DNA of 56,547 nt from a virus (lineage: Duplodnaviria > Caudoviricetes), in IMG/VR virus record IMGVR_UViG_3300012926_000006, positions 1-56,547 of that record, one strand, 5' to 3'. The notes under the pieces were generated by a model. That model searched no databases. It had not been told where the DNA came from and was given only the letters and a program-made list of their open reading frames with translations. Below are positions 17,580 through 27,248 of the stretch, piece by piece. Made by a program: the position numbers and the translations under genes. Position 1 is the stretch's first letter; each line of letters begins with the position of its first letter.

Positions 17580-19637
17580 TCAACCCGGTGCCTGAGCTTG
17601 TGCATCCTGCATTTGCTGAGCATTTATTGCGCCGGGCGGCTGCTGTCCGCCGCGTGGAGGCGCTGGAACTGCCCCTGGTCTAGGACTTCCGGCAACGCCC
17701 GGCTGTTGTCCTGGTTGACCTAGACCACCCGGTATTCCAGGTTGACCTTTTTGCGGCTGCTGTTGCTGTTTCTGTTGAATCGCTTTGATATGTTCTTCGA
17801 TGTGCTGGCGGAACTTCCCGTTAGGGTCACCCGTGATTTGTGCACCTGATTGATGTTCCCGGATGTGTTCTACATCGTCATCTAGTGGAGAAACGAAAGC
17901 GGGAATGTTATTCACCATAAATTCATTTTCCATTTCTGGCGGAACGCTGATCTTATGGCGTTCATCAATCAGAACGTTTTGCGCCATTGTCGGTCCGCAA
18001 ATAGCCTCATTCAGGAAATCAATCATCGGGCCAAGGTCTAACTTACGTCCGTTCAAGACTTGCGGAGGCAATCCTCGCAGGACGTTCATCCAGCTAATCA
18101 ACTGTTGGTTATTCTGTGCGCCCATTGCTTTATCAGCGCCTAACCATTTGAACCAATACCGATGTCCGACTTGTTGCGGCGGGATTTTTTCTATAATCGA
18201 CTGAACCCCGTGTTCGCCATCAATCATGACGGCTAATTCATCATCGCGGAATTGCAAATCTAGGTCATAGAACCATTCCATAATTCTATTCATCACGCCA
18301 AATTCAAACCGCTTGACCACATCACCGATAGTCGCCATAGCCTCTTGGCTTTGAGCGCCTACAGCCTGGGCGCTTTTTCTTCCGGCAGGTGGACGGCCCA
18401 ACATAGTTTCATTAACTTCCATCGATTCCATAATCTGCGCCTTGATGGAATTCTTAATGGTCAAGGCGTGTTCATACAGAGGCGGAAACTGAATGACTTT
18501 AGTGTCATTCGGATTGGTGGACCATACAGCGGCCATCGCCATGACCATAGACGAATACTGAGGGTTTTTTAACGGGTCGGTCATAACAATAGGCATCAGC
18601 GAATACATCGCAGAATCCATACCCATATTGGTTATGTCGTTCAGTTCGTATTGCAGAGGTGCGACTGTCTTAACCTTGGACCTACCCCAAAAGGAACCGG
18701 CTACTTTATCCACTGGTTCAGAAATCAAAGGTATTTTCTGACTCCAATAAGGGTTAGCAATGATGCCTAAGACATTATCAGGACCACCCAAATAAACGAT
18801 AGCTGGTTTCTTTTCACCTTCTAGTTTCATTTTGGTGAAAGCCATATAAATTAAGGCGAATTTCTGACCAGCCTTTAACTTAATCCCGGCTTCGGAAGCC
18901 CTGGCTTTTTCCGCCCATATTACTTTTTCTTCCCCGGCGTCTTTGGTCAATCTTTCAACAGCAGCCTTTAAGAAAATTCCCTCTTTCACCATTTCGTCAA
19001 TAGCGTCTGTCGTCAAACGCATTGCTACACAAACGATTTCAGCATCCTGAATATCGGAGACTGTCGCCGGAAATACCCATAGGTCTTGCGCCGGGATAAC
19101 GGTTAATTCTGGACCTTCATCAATGATAATTTCTTCTTCAACGTCGCCATATTCCTCGCTAGTACCGTCTACCGTTTTTTGAACTTTACGGGTTATCTTG
19201 CGTTCCTTATGCTTCCACCCTGGCATCACAGACCATTGGCCTTCTATATCACCGTTCAAGTACAGTGTTGAAGCAACGGCGCGCAGATTGGTATCTTTGA
19301 TATACCTTTGAAGGATGGACATCGTAGCCGCTGGCATGTCGCCCTGTTCGGAAATAACCTCCAAGTTATTACCTACGTTAGGAAAGGTCATGCCAGTGAA
19401 GCGTTTGCGCCTTGCTTCTACCGCATCATGCACAATCGGCTCATAAATTTCAGAATCGCCGTCATACTGTTGATTGTCGCCAAGTTCGCAGTTATAGATG
19501 TCCCAGCATTCCTCTATAGAGTCGTTCTGGTCCTTTTTTTCTTCGCGGAACCCGGTAATTATCTGGTCGTAGAGTTTGGCGCACTTTTCCTGTAACTCTT
19601 TGTTGTTTGCGAAGTTCTTGATTTTATCTTCAGCCAT
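17580..19637 (-). CDS. Portal protein (P22-like)
   Basis: 685 aa directly after TerL, FWGRS..APLQ..LN motif, disordered Q/P-rich tail. Confidence 0.8.
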   Translation of the reverse strand: MAEDKIKNFANNKELQEKCAKLYDQIITGFREEKKDQNDSIEECWDIYNCELGDNQQYDGDSEIYEPIVHDAVEARRKRFTGMTFPNVGNNLEVISEQGDMPAATMSILQRYIKDTNLRAVASTLYLNGDIEGQWSVMPGWKHKERKITRKVQKTVDGTSEEYGDVEEEIIIDEGPELTVIPAQDLWVFPATVSDIQDAEIVCVAMRLTTDAIDEMVKEGIFLKAAVERLTKDAGEEKVIWAEKARASEAGIKLKAGQKFALIYMAFTKMKLEGEKKPAIVYLGGPDNVLGIIANPYWSQKIPLISEPVDKVAGSFWGRSKVKTVAPLQYELNDITNMGMDSAMYSLMPIVMTDPLKNPQYSSMVMAMAAVWSTNPNDTKVIQFPPLYEHALTIKNSIKAQIMESMEVNETMLGRPPAGRKSAQAVGAQSQEAMATIGDVVKRFEFGVMNRIMEWFYDLDLQFRDDELAVMIDGEHGVQSIIEKIPPQQVGHRYWFKWLGADKAMGAQNNQQLISWMNVLRGLPPQVLNGRKLDLGPMIDFLNEAICGPTMAQNVLIDERHKISVPPEMENEFMVNNIPAFVSPLDDDVEHIREHQSGAQITGDPNGKFRQHIEEHIKAIQQKQQQQPQKGQPGIPGGLGQPGQQPGVAGSPRPGAVPAPPRGGQQPPGAINAQQMQDAQAQAPG

Positions 19638-19846
19638 TATTTACGCCGCGCAGTCACTGGTTTTTTGACGACTACCGATTGCATTTCTTTGATTTTCTGT
19701 GCGCCCACTCGTTTTGCAGCGGCCATTCTCTGACGGTCCATTTCGATTTCTTTGGCGCGGGTCAGAGTGCGCAAGTCGTCCTCTGCTTGGTATTTCTTGT
19801 CGTCAAACGCCATCATGACGGATGGTGTACTTTTTTTAGTAGCCAT
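19637..19846 (-). CDS. Small conserved protein between TerL and portal
   Basis: YQAEDDLRTLTRAKEI motif; overlaps both neighbours. Confidence 0.55.
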   Translation of the reverse strand: MATKKSTPSVMMAFDDKKYQAEDDLRTLTRAKEIEMDRQRMAAAKRVGAQKIKEMQSVVVKKPVTARRK

Positions 19847-21272
19847 TATCTGCATACCTCTTTGTTGGTCTGGAAGTCCTGTAACTCACGCCGCTTTGTG
19901 TATTGGCGTAGTGACCTTCTTTAGCATTGGAATAAGTTAAAACCGGAATTGCTCTTACCAGATACCGCATGCAGTCACAAAGATGGTCTTCTTTCTTAAC
20001 CACTTGACCGTTATCAGACCGGCGATAAAAAGGCAGTTCCTTGCGTAGGTTCATCAAAGTGTCAAATATCTTTAACCGGCCTGATGTCATTCTTTGAAAT
20101 ACGTCAAATATTCCGGCTTCCCTTGCGTTGTCTGCTAAAGCCAGTTTTAAGCCTTCTTGGCGATATAGGTCTATCAGTTTTTCCCCGTCTACCTGGGAAC
20201 TACCTTGCGAAGCAGGGTCAATATAGCCGGTCATTTCTCCACGGGCTTTGATAGCGGATGCATGCACGGCAGGCTCTGCCATGCCTTGATAATGTTCTGA
20301 GTAAAGATAGAGTGTGTCGGAGTCACGATCTAAAGCGCCCCACACAGCAGCGGTCTTTTTCCAACCCACGTCCAAGGCATAGCCTCTGACCCAGTGTTTC
20401 GGGATATCGAAAGGTTTAACCAGTAAATCCTCAAGGCTAACGGGATATACCTTGCCTTCCCCGATACTTGGGATACCTTTTGAACGCGCATCCCTTTCAT
20501 GCAACGGATATTGCAAAAGCATTTCTGCTTTGGTCGCTTCATCCAGGTGTAATACGTCATCCCATGACGCAGTGCAAACAAACTTAGAATCTGGCTTATC
20601 TGGGTCCAAGAAACTCTTGGTTACTTCCGTCATACCCTTCATAGGGGTATAGGTATTAAGAACGATTCCCCCTGTAGTCATAGTCCTAGTTAAAGCTTCT
20701 GTGTAGATGGACTCGGGCGGTTCCTCGTCTAGCCACACTCCATGCTGTTCTGTGCCCTGCCACGCTTCCCTACCTTGATCATAGGATTTCAGTTGACAGA
20801 CCGAACGCCCACCGGATATGTGTTTAATGTAGATGTTCTCTACTGCATCAGGTACGCCGCGTTTATTCGTCGTGTCAATCACGTTGTCATAAGGGATAAG
20901 ACCGGTTCCATAATCGCCGGTCTTACCTAAAAGCTTAAACTGGATGATGTCCCTTACTGTGGTTGCAGTGTCACCACCTATCCACCAAGACACGGGTTTA
21001 GTAAACCGCCTGCCTTTCCACCAGTCGGGATACTTTCCGGTAAGGTGCAGGGTTGTTTCATACCCGCCCATACCTTCAGTTTTTCCTACCCTGTTTGCAG
21101 CCAATGCAAGCCGTTGACGGTATGATTTCCCCGCCTCAAAAAATGCCATGTGAACCGGATAACCAGCCCGATTTTCTGGCGTCTGATAAAAGGTATCAAT
21201 CCGGTTTCTGACTTTACGCCGCTCAAGTTCTCTAATGATGACTTCAGCGGCGTAACGATCTTCAGGACTCAT
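19836..21272 (-). CDS. terL: Terminase large subunit
   Basis: Walker A AANRVGKT, Walker B VWLDEEPP, YTP, RNase H-like ALDVG and DHLCDCMRY. Confidence 0.95.
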   Translation of the reverse strand: MSPEDRYAAEVIIRELERRKVRNRIDTFYQTPENRAGYPVHMAFFEAGKSYRQRLALAANRVGKTEGMGGYETTLHLTGKYPDWWKGRRFTKPVSWWIGGDTATTVRDIIQFKLLGKTGDYGTGLIPYDNVIDTTNKRGVPDAVENIYIKHISGGRSVCQLKSYDQGREAWQGTEQHGVWLDEEPPESIYTEALTRTMTTGGIVLNTYTPMKGMTEVTKSFLDPDKPDSKFVCTASWDDVLHLDEATKAEMLLQYPLHERDARSKGIPSIGEGKVYPVSLEDLLVKPFDIPKHWVRGYALDVGWKKTAAVWGALDRDSDTLYLYSEHYQGMAEPAVHASAIKARGEMTGYIDPASQGSSQVDGEKLIDLYRQEGLKLALADNAREAGIFDVFQRMTSGRLKIFDTLMNLRKELPFYRRSDNGQVVKKEDHLCDCMRYLVRAIPVLTYSNAKEGHYANTQSGVSYRTSRPTKRYADNGY

Positions 21273-21721
21273 GCGGCAACGTTTGCGCTAATAGAGAAAG
21301 CGCCCTGAATAGTTACCGCAGGAGTAGCCACATTGGTGACGGTCAGAACAAAGACACGAAGGCCAGCAATAGGAACTGTCATGGTCCCAGAAGTCGTTAC
21401 ACCGGTCCCGGCTCCTACTGTCACAGCGCCAGACGATGTATTCAAATTCACATAGATCAACATAATCGACATGCCAGCGAATACATTAGGCCCGATTGCC
21501 GTTAGGATATTTGCCGCTGTATCTGTAGTGACAGTTACAGCCGCTGTAGCACCGGAACGCACATAGATACCGCTGTTAATTTGAAAGGCTGTCAATGTGT
21601 CAGTAACACCGGCAGACGAAAGGGAAGCGACCTCTACATTTAGGCTATTAGCCATTGACAACAGATCGCCGAAAGAAGGGATTGCGGCATAGTTGCCGAC
21701 TGCACCTAGACCAAGAGCCAT
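21269..21721 (-). CDS. Putative virion (decoration-type) protein
   Basis: Beta-rich Ala/Thr/Val protein; likely start ATG 21721. Confidence 0.5.
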   Translation of the reverse strand: MALGLGAVGNYAAIPSFGDLLSMANSLNVEVASLSSAGVTDTLTAFQINSGIYVRSGATAAVTVTTDTAANILTAIGPNVFAGMSIMLIYVNLNTSSGAVTVGAGTGVTTSGTMTVPIAGLRVFVLTVTNVATPAVTIQGAFSISANVAA

Positions 21722-21795
21722 TTTGTTACTCCTTGCGTCCCGTAGGACAATGAAAAAAGAAAAGCCGCTCAAGGCGACTTGCATATTCAACAGCA

Positions 21796-21809
21796 TTGCG
21801 CAATCGCAA
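21796..21809. promoter_or_regulatory. Palindromic operator TTGCG-N4-CGCAA over putative -35
   Basis: TTGCGCAATCGCAA; TTGCGC-17-TACCCT. Confidence 0.55.
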
Positions 21810-21852
21810 TTTATGTACTACCCTACAGGCTCACTTACTTGGAGTTACTGAC

Positions 21853-22095
21853 ATGAAATTACTTTTCTCACTACTTATTGCCGCATCGTTAACAGCTTGT
21901 GCGAATCCGCAATTCGCTAAAAACTTTGGGGACGGCTTTGCAGCACAATCTCAAGCCCGTGCGCAGTCATCGCAGAATGCTTATCAGCAATATCAGCAGA
22001 ACAATCAGGTTAAACAAACCGACAATCAATGTTTCCAAGCCTGTACTCAAGCCGGTTATCAATATGGTTTGTGCAAAAGCAAATGTACTTATTAA
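21853..22095 (+). CDS. Small lipoprotein, moron-like, counter-oriented
   Basis: Lipobox LTAC after hydrophobic signal; GGAG RBS; C-x3-C-x8-C-x3-C. Confidence 0.7.
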   Translation: MKLLFSLLIAASLTACANPQFAKNFGDGFAAQSQARAQSSQNAYQQYQQNNQVKQTDNQCFQACTQAGYQYGLCKSKCTY

Positions 22096-22319
22096 CCTGT
22101 ATGACGGAATTTCACTCTGCGATTCCAAGCAGCTATTACCCCGGCCAAGTCTTCACTTGGCCTTTTTATTTTTAAGCCGCAACCTAAACATCTAACTTGC
22201 GAAGTCGGAAGAATTAAAGCTATCTCTGCCCTTCCGTGTACGTTCTTCGCTTGGCTACGATTAGGCGTTATTTCTATCTCTGCAATCCCGCCGCAACACG
22301 GGCAAGTCAATAACTCCAT
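22092..22319 (-). CDS. Lar-like restriction-alleviation zinc-finger protein
   Basis: CPCCGG...CLGCG...AAWNRR. Confidence 0.7.
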   Translation of the reverse strand: MELLTCPCCGGIAEIEITPNRSQAKNVHGRAEIALILPTSQVRCLGCGLKIKRPSEDLAGVIAAWNRRVKFRHTG

Positions 22320-22612
22320 TACTTAGGCTCAGGAGCCGATGCGGTCAAAACGATAGTGACACCCGGAGCCGCAATTACTGTCACATCATCAGATGCGCTC
22401 AAGCCGTCCGCTGTAACTGTAATTGTTGCTGCGCCGATGGCTACCGAAGACACCACCGCAGTAATGCCATCAGCAGCCGCTAGAACGGTCGCTACGGCTT
22501 CATTTGAAGAAGTCCATACCGGAACGCTACCAAATGGAACAGGAGCGCCGGAAGCGTCTTGTTCGGTTGCGGTCAAAGTGAATTTCTGTAGTGTGTTTAG
22601 AGTCGTTGCCAT
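22319..22612 (-). CDS. Ig-like (Big_2) domain protein
   Basis: VWTSSNEAVATV..G.ATITVTADG; start 22612 or 22705. Confidence 0.75.
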   Translation of the reverse strand: MATTLNTLQKFTLTATEQDASGAPVPFGSVPVWTSSNEAVATVLAAADGITAVVSSVAIGAATITVTADGLSASDDVTVIAAPGVTIVLTASAPEPK

Positions 22613-22701
22613 TTTGTACCCCGTAAAAGAAAAACCGCCTACAGAGGCGGTTAGTTTGATTCGTTTATGCTTGCGTTTCTTCAAGCATTTAAATAGACAG
22701 A

Positions 22702-22860
22702 TCATCGTTTCTTGACTACTGCATTTGCCTGACGTATGGCGGACCCTTCTGAACTCCCACGCTCCAAAGCAGAATTCGCAACCTTGCTCCACTGCCTTTG
22801 TTTCTTTGGCGTGTCGGCCTTTTTTGTATGGCCCTTCGCGTCTTTCTTTTGCCACGGCAT
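22702..22860 (-). CDS. ChaB-like small basic protein, 52 aa (not in ORF track)
   Basis: MPWQKKDAKGHTKKADTPKKQRQWSKVANSALERGSSEGSAIRQANAVVKKR; TAATG overlap with upstream ORF. Confidence 0.6.
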   Translation of the reverse strand: MPWQKKDAKGHTKKADTPKKQRQWSKVANSALERGSSEGSAIRQANAVVKKR

Positions 22861-23015
22861 TATATTTTCCGGGTGCGCGACATCTTCGGAGTCTTCATGC
22901 CTGTCATACCGCGTTTAGGCATATCGGTATTAACCTTTTTCATTGGCGGCGGCGCATGCTTTGGTGCTTTGGATGGCATGGCTTTAGAAGTCGGCATTTT
23001 TTTAATCTTGTTCAT
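22860..23015 (-). CDS. Small Lys/Met/Pro-rich basic protein
   Basis: AAGGGG RBS; composition. Confidence 0.5.
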   Translation of the reverse strand: MNKIKKMPTSKAMPSKAPKHAPPPMKKVNTDMPKRGMTGMKTPKMSRTRKI

Positions 23016-23025
23016 TATATTCCCC

Positions 23026-23196
23026 TTATTGACGTGCGCGTTTGAGCAACAACGCATCTAATTGCGACTGGTTCCTTGGTCGCTTGCCCTTAAAGAAATC
23101 CGAATTATTCGGTTGCGATGGTTGTTCAGTTTTCGGTTTAGGTTCGTCACCCACTCCTGAACGCCTTAAGGCATCCTCAACTTTATAGTTAGCCAT
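23026..23196 (-). CDS. Small protein, 56 aa (not in ORF track)
   Basis: MANYKVEDALRRSG...LLKRARQ with upstream GGAG. Confidence 0.45.
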   Translation of the reverse strand: MANYKVEDALRRSGVGDEPKPKTEQPSQPNNSDFFKGKRPRNQSQLDALLLKRARQ

Positions 23197-23245
23197 TTCT
23201 CAAGCTCCACATTTAGTTAATGCAACGAAAGTTTGAGAAAAATCA

Positions 23246-23274
23246 TTGCGTTTTCTCAAGGTTTAAACTACAGT
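23246..23274 (+). promoter_or_regulatory. Sigma70-like promoter with overlapping operator
   Basis: TTGCGT-17-TACAGT; TTGCGTTTTCTCAA at 23246-23259. Confidence 0.55.
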
Positions 23275-23304
23275 GTCAATTCCAACACACAAAGGGGAAT
23301 CAAA

Positions 23305-23787
23305 ATGTTTATCTCAAATGCAATTATCGAATTGGATGCCGCCGCCGACCGTGCGACTCAAGGCATTGAAGAATCTAAAAAGATGCTGGATTTCTTCCAA
23401 AAGCAACTGGATAAAATCATCATCACCAAGCAAGCCATGAGCGCCATAGAGGACATCAATTTGAATGTCCCGCCTCCTTCAATTTCTGGTCTTCCAGTCG
23501 AAACCAAGGAAAAGAAACCACGCGAAAAGAAGGAACCGGCTAAAGCGGCCAAGAAAACAGATGACGACTTGCCGCATACCAAATCTGATTTCTGGCTTGG
23601 TCTGATTACTACCACGCCGCAAAAAACCTCTGAAATCCTTGACGCCGCTTGTAAGGCTTTGAATATCACTGACAAAGACCAGCGGGCGAAATTAAAAGGT
23701 CGCCAGACATTCAACTTGCAAAAGTTTGTTGACTTGAAAAAAATTCAGTCAGAAGGCGAACAACTGAACAGAACTTACTTTCTGTAA
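23305..23787 (+). CDS. Hypothetical protein: coiled coil, Lys-rich linker, possible winged helix
   Basis: AAAGGGG RBS before ATG 23305; own promoter and terminator. Confidence 0.55.
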   Translation: MFISNAIIELDAAADRATQGIEESKKMLDFFQKQLDKIIITKQAMSAIEDINLNVPPPSISGLPVETKEKKPREKKEPAKAAKKTDDDLPHTKSDFWLGLITTTPQKTSEILDAACKALNITDKDQRAKLKGRQTFNLQKFVDLKKIQSEGEQLNRTYFL

Positions 23788-23791
23788 GGCG

Positions 23792-23821
23792 AAAAAAAAG
23801 GAACCCTTGGGTTCCTTTTTT
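23792..23821. terminator. Bidirectional terminator
   Basis: A8-GGAACC-CTTG-GGTTCC-T6 between convergent genes. Confidence 0.85.
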
Positions 23822-23842
23822 GTTATCTATACATAACCAAAT

Positions 23843-24637
23843 CTAGTAGCGTCTGCCCAGTCTTTCCAAGTCCTTTTTCAAGCCGTCATAGCCTGCCTGG
23901 AGCACATTGACGCACTCTGCCAAGTCGGACCAGTCATGACCTTCTAAAGGCGCTTCCTGGCCTTTCAGGGCTATTGCTACCATGCTACATATATGGGCAA
24001 GCCTTTGATTCAGTTTGTCGGTTTCTTCTAGTTCTTGTTCCAGAAATTCAATGCGGCCTGCCAATCTTTTATTTTCATCAAGTAAAGTCCCAGCGTCGTC
24101 TTTCATTACTTCATGCGCAAGATTGACTACCCCCAGTAATTCTCCTAGTTCAACCGCAAGGCGATAGGTGCAGCGCCGTTCATGATATTCAATTACCGGT
24201 GTCTTGGTCATACAAGTGCATTTCCCGACTTGAAGCTGTGTAAGCTTTTCTTGTATCGCCTGTTCAGGAGTCTTGTTTGTGGCCTCTAACGCCTCATTAA
24301 TTGCGTTCTGAACTTCTACAGGTGCCGGTCGCGCATGTTCCGCACTATGTCCCAGTTCGCCGCAAGGCTCCCAGCACTGTGACCTGTCAGAACAAGCGTG
24401 TTCGCCCATGTCTTTATTTTGGCAAGGCAGTTTTGCCTCATACGCTGGATTAGTTACAGGCTCTAATTCAAATACTGAAGGGTCATCATAAAAGCCTGAC
24501 ATTTCAAATGCTGATTGTAGTTCATGAACAGTCAGCGAATACCGAACATCACATGGGTTGTCGGCTTCCGTCATGGAAATAAATTGATTGCCTATGAAGT
24601 CAATTATTTCTTGTTCTGTGCGTGGAATTCTAGCCAT
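23843..24637 (-). CDS. Hypothetical composite protein (Cys/His motifs, coiled coil)
   Basis: ORF; CWEPCG..H and CTC..H..C motifs. Confidence 0.5.
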   Translation of the reverse strand: MARIPRTEQEIIDFIGNQFISMTEADNPCDVRYSLTVHELQSAFEMSGFYDDPSVFELEPVTNPAYEAKLPCQNKDMGEHACSDRSQCWEPCGELGHSAEHARPAPVEVQNAINEALEATNKTPEQAIQEKLTQLQVGKCTCMTKTPVIEYHERRCTYRLAVELGELLGVVNLAHEVMKDDAGTLLDENKRLAGRIEFLEQELEETDKLNQRLAHICSMVAIALKGQEAPLEGHDWSDLAECVNVLQAGYDGLKKDLERLGRRY

Positions 24638-24923
24638 TTGCCAGCCCCGGAAAATATTTTTTCTTAATGTCGTCAGCGATGCCATTCAGGATTTTATCCC
24701 GCGCTTGTTCAGCGACTTCCGGGCAACGTCTGTTCCAGTGTTGGGCGATTTTTTCTTGCGCCTCTTCGATAGTGATTAATAACTCGTCCGGGTCAACCGA
24801 AAAGCTTAAATCGGTATAGGCCCGGCATTCTAGGCATACGATGATATGACATTTGGAACCGTCCGAATGTCTGTGAAATTCCACATCGCCGCCGCAGTAG
24901 GAACAGGGGATTAAGTGAATCAT
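24630..24923 (-). CDS. Second Lar-like zinc-finger protein
   Basis: PCSYCGG...CLEC...HWNRR. Confidence 0.65.
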   Translation of the reverse strand: MIHLIPCSYCGGDVEFHRHSDGSKCHIIVCLECRAYTDLSFSVDPDELLITIEEAQEKIAQHWNRRCPEVAEQARDKILNGIADDIKKKYFPGLANG

Positions 24924-25240
24924 TTTTTCCCCTTTTTTTCGTGTTTGATTTGCCGTGCTATCAGGTAGTCAAGCCATGCTAAGCGGCCTTGACGGTATAT
25001 TTCAACTTCAGGCATGTACGATTTCATCTGAATTAAAAAATCCGCATGATTTGTGCGTAGCCAGCTATCGTAATAGATGAAGTTACCAAGCTGACCGAAA
25101 ACCCAGTTATATAACGTATCGCATTGCTTGGTGCTTATTTTTCGTTGGTTACGCAAAATACTAAAACAAAAGCATATGCATGTTTCCTCACCGGCCTCAA
25201 TCATCCGCCGCGCTTCTTTTAATATTTTACTGGTCTTCAT
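24920..25240 (-). CDS. Hypothetical protein
   Basis: Coupled ORF, RLAWLDYLI motif. Confidence 0.5.
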   Translation of the reverse strand: MKTSKILKEARRMIEAGEETCICFCFSILRNQRKISTKQCDTLYNWVFGQLGNFIYYDSWLRTNHADFLIQMKSYMPEVEIYRQGRLAWLDYLIARQIKHEKKGKK

Positions 25241-25542
25241 GGCAAATCCCCTTCAGGGAATATCACCACGTCACCGAGAATTTGCATTTCAATGCCGGGC
25301 TTGCATTGCCCGTTAATCAGGAACGTTGCGCCGTGATTGATCGGCAGTCTGCGTTTCTTCGCAAACTCTTGATCATGCATGCAGTAAGTCATCCTGTTAG
25401 GTCCGTTCATGAACTCCAACAGGCCAGCGTTTAACAGCTTGCGCATGTCTTCAATCTGCGCGATGTTCGGTAGGTGTTGCTCTTCGCCGTTGGTCCGTAA
25501 CACGCGCCTGGACCAGACACTAAGGGCGGCGACGGCGTTCAT
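25237..25542 (-). CDS. Hypothetical protein
   Basis: LPINHGAT..ILGDVVI motif; coupled ORF. Confidence 0.5.
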   Translation of the reverse strand: MNAVAALSVWSRRVLRTNGEEQHLPNIAQIEDMRKLLNAGLLEFMNGPNRMTYCMHDQEFAKKRRLPINHGATFLINGQCKPGIEMQILGDVVIFPEGDLP

Positions 25543-25832
25543 GCTGTCTCCTTGGAAGGAAACGGCAACACGTCCTTATGAATCAATTTCTGATCGGATA
25601 AATTATCAAGTACATGTTGTACTTCGTCATCAGCAAACCGTCCGCAGTCATCCGACAGCACACCAACGACTTGATAGGCTTCGCCGCACAACGTGCCTAG
25701 TTCTTCAATACGCGCTTTCAACTGTGCGATTTCTTCCAATTGCATTTCAAAGCTTTCGTAACAGCCGTCAACGTAAGCTTTCATATATTCCGGGTCCAGC
25801 AATTCCAGATTCGTCAATTCCGGCTTTTTCAT
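25539..25832 (-). CDS. Hypothetical protein (Ead/Ea22-like C-terminus possible)
   Basis: EAYQVVGVL..VLDNLS..VLPFPS; GGGGG RBS. Confidence 0.5.
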   Translation of the reverse strand: MKKPELTNLELLDPEYMKAYVDGCYESFEMQLEEIAQLKARIEELGTLCGEAYQVVGVLSDDCGRFADDEVQHVLDNLSDQKLIHKDVLPFPSKETA

Positions 25833-25857
25833 ACATCCCCCTTGAGAAAGAAATGCA

Positions 25858-25886
25858 TGTATATCCCCACTAAATACACTTGTCAA
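25858..25886 (-). promoter_or_regulatory. Sigma70 promoter, copy 1
   Basis: TTGACA-17-TATACA. Confidence 0.7.
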
Positions 25887-25901
25887 TAGTTTGTGGTAAG
25901 T

Positions 25902-26147
25902 TTAAGTAAACTTTTTATCTTTGTCGTGCAGAATAGCGCAATGCAGTTCTAGCCGTGCGCGGCGTAGTTTTAACGCCACGACATAGCGGTTATGCAATTC
26001 TAGTTTTGAAACGAAACAGCGCTGTTCGTATTTCATATTTCCAACGATTCTTACCATGCGATACATGACGGCGTTGTCATTGCCAAAGTCCAGCCACTCC
26101 TTATAATTCCTGATGGTCCTAAGCTTCGTGGTCAGTAGTTTGTTCAT
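25902..26147 (-). CDS. Hypothetical protein
   Basis: Coupled ORF. Confidence 0.4.
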   Translation of the reverse strand: MNKLLTTKLRTIRNYKEWLDFGNDNAVMYRMVRIVGNMKYEQRCFVSKLELHNRYVVALKLRRARLELHCAILHDKDKKFT

Positions 26148-26464
26148 ACCACCAGCCTTTGACAGTCGGTAATCAGACCGGCTTTGATCGGTATATAGTA
26201 TTGCGTACGGTCCTTTGCGAGTACCAGCACGTCATCAATCACCGTGCCATATACCGGGAATTCCTTTTTGAAATGAACGCCGTAGCAGTAGCAGATTGAT
26301 CTAGGCCCAAATGGGGAAGTAGCCCATATATGAAACGAGATAGGCCGGGTCAGATCACAATATTTCTTGATCAGTTCCCACACATAACCAGCGGTCGTTT
26401 CGTATTGCATGAAACGAATAACGCCGCGTTCGTATTTCTTATCGTAGCTGTGACCTAATAACAT
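26144..26464 (-). CDS. Hypothetical protein
   Basis: GGAGG RBS before ATG 26464. Confidence 0.45.
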   Translation of the reverse strand: MLLGHSYDKKYERGVIRFMQYETTAGYVWELIKKYCDLTRPISFHIWATSPFGPRSICYCYGVHFKKEFPVYGTVIDDVLVLAKDRTQYYIPIKAGLITDCQRLVV

Positions 26465-26536
26465 AATTCCTCCGCCCACTTTTTAGACGGTCTGTAGGTC
26501 AATCGCAATGGCAAAGTTGAATTTTTAAAGAGCAAT

Positions 26537-26559
26537 AAAAAAGCCGCGATGTGCGGCTT
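26537..26559 (-). terminator. Terminator
   Basis: AAGCCGC/GCGGCUU plus U tract. Confidence 0.75.
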
Positions 26560-26677
26560 AGTAGGATTTGCGTTTTTTACTTTCGGAGTGTTTGGTACTC
26601 CGTCCACCACGTTCAGGTAGCTTAGGCATTTTCTTTTTGTCTTCACCGCCAGGGACTTTATTTTTTGGGGCTTTCAT
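26558..26677 (-). CDS. Small basic protein, 39 aa (not in ORF track)
   Basis: MKAPKNKVPGGEDKKKMPKLPERGGRSTKHSESKKRKSY; AAGGA RBS, terminator follows. Confidence 0.5.
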   Translation of the reverse strand: MKAPKNKVPGGEDKKKMPKLPERGGRSTKHSESKKRKSY

Positions 26678-26812
26678 GAGATTTCCTTAAGGTTACATAT
26701 TCACTTAAAGGCGATAGGTGCGGCACATCATGTATCACCACGCCCGTATAACGATTTCCGGTAACGTCCATCATCCACAACGCACTTGCAGCAAATTCTA
26801 GTTTAGGGATGA

Positions 26813-27043
26813 TCATTTCAAATTCTCAATTGTTTCAATCTGATTGACTCGTTTGGTCCGCAAATCCAAAATAAAATCCACGACTTTTACTAAGTCTTCT
26901 AGGTCGGTCAACGCATTAAGATTAGTTTCAAGATCGTCCAATATTCCAGCCACTTGAAACGGGTCAGCAGGATTTTCGCCGTCCATGATTTGAACGTCGC
27001 CTATCTGTGCAGTAGGGAAGATGTAGGTTGTGTAATCAGTCAT
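26813..27043 (-). CDS. Hypothetical acidic protein
   Basis: GGAG RBS; ORF. Confidence 0.45.
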   Translation of the reverse strand: MTDYTTYIFPTAQIGDVQIMDGENPADPFQVAGILDDLETNLNALTDLEDLVKVVDFILDLRTKRVNQIETIENLK

Positions 27044-27248
27044 TGCGCAGTCTCCACTTGCCAATCAGGATAGCTGCGATTGCTGAGAGTAAAACGTAAG
27101 TCATGAGCCAATACAAGTAAATTGGCTTTGTGTCTGGAAAGAAGCTTGCCAGTATATCGCCACCGATAAATAATCCCAGTATCCAACCGGTAGTGCCGAT
27201 TAGACACCAGCCGGTAAATATCAACCCTTTGGCAGTATCCCTAGTCAT
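27036..27248 (-). CDS. Two-TM membrane protein
   Basis: Two hydrophobic segments. Confidence 0.5.
   Translation of the reverse strand: MTRDTAKGLIFTGWCLIGTTGWILGLFIGGDILASFFPDTKPIYLYWLMTYVLLSAIAAILIGKWRLRND

Noticed and set aside
22319-22855. 178-aa Ig-like ORF as listed in the ORF track
   Set aside because: Its 5' part overlaps a better-supported ChaB-like ORF in another frame; the true start is likely 22705 or 22612
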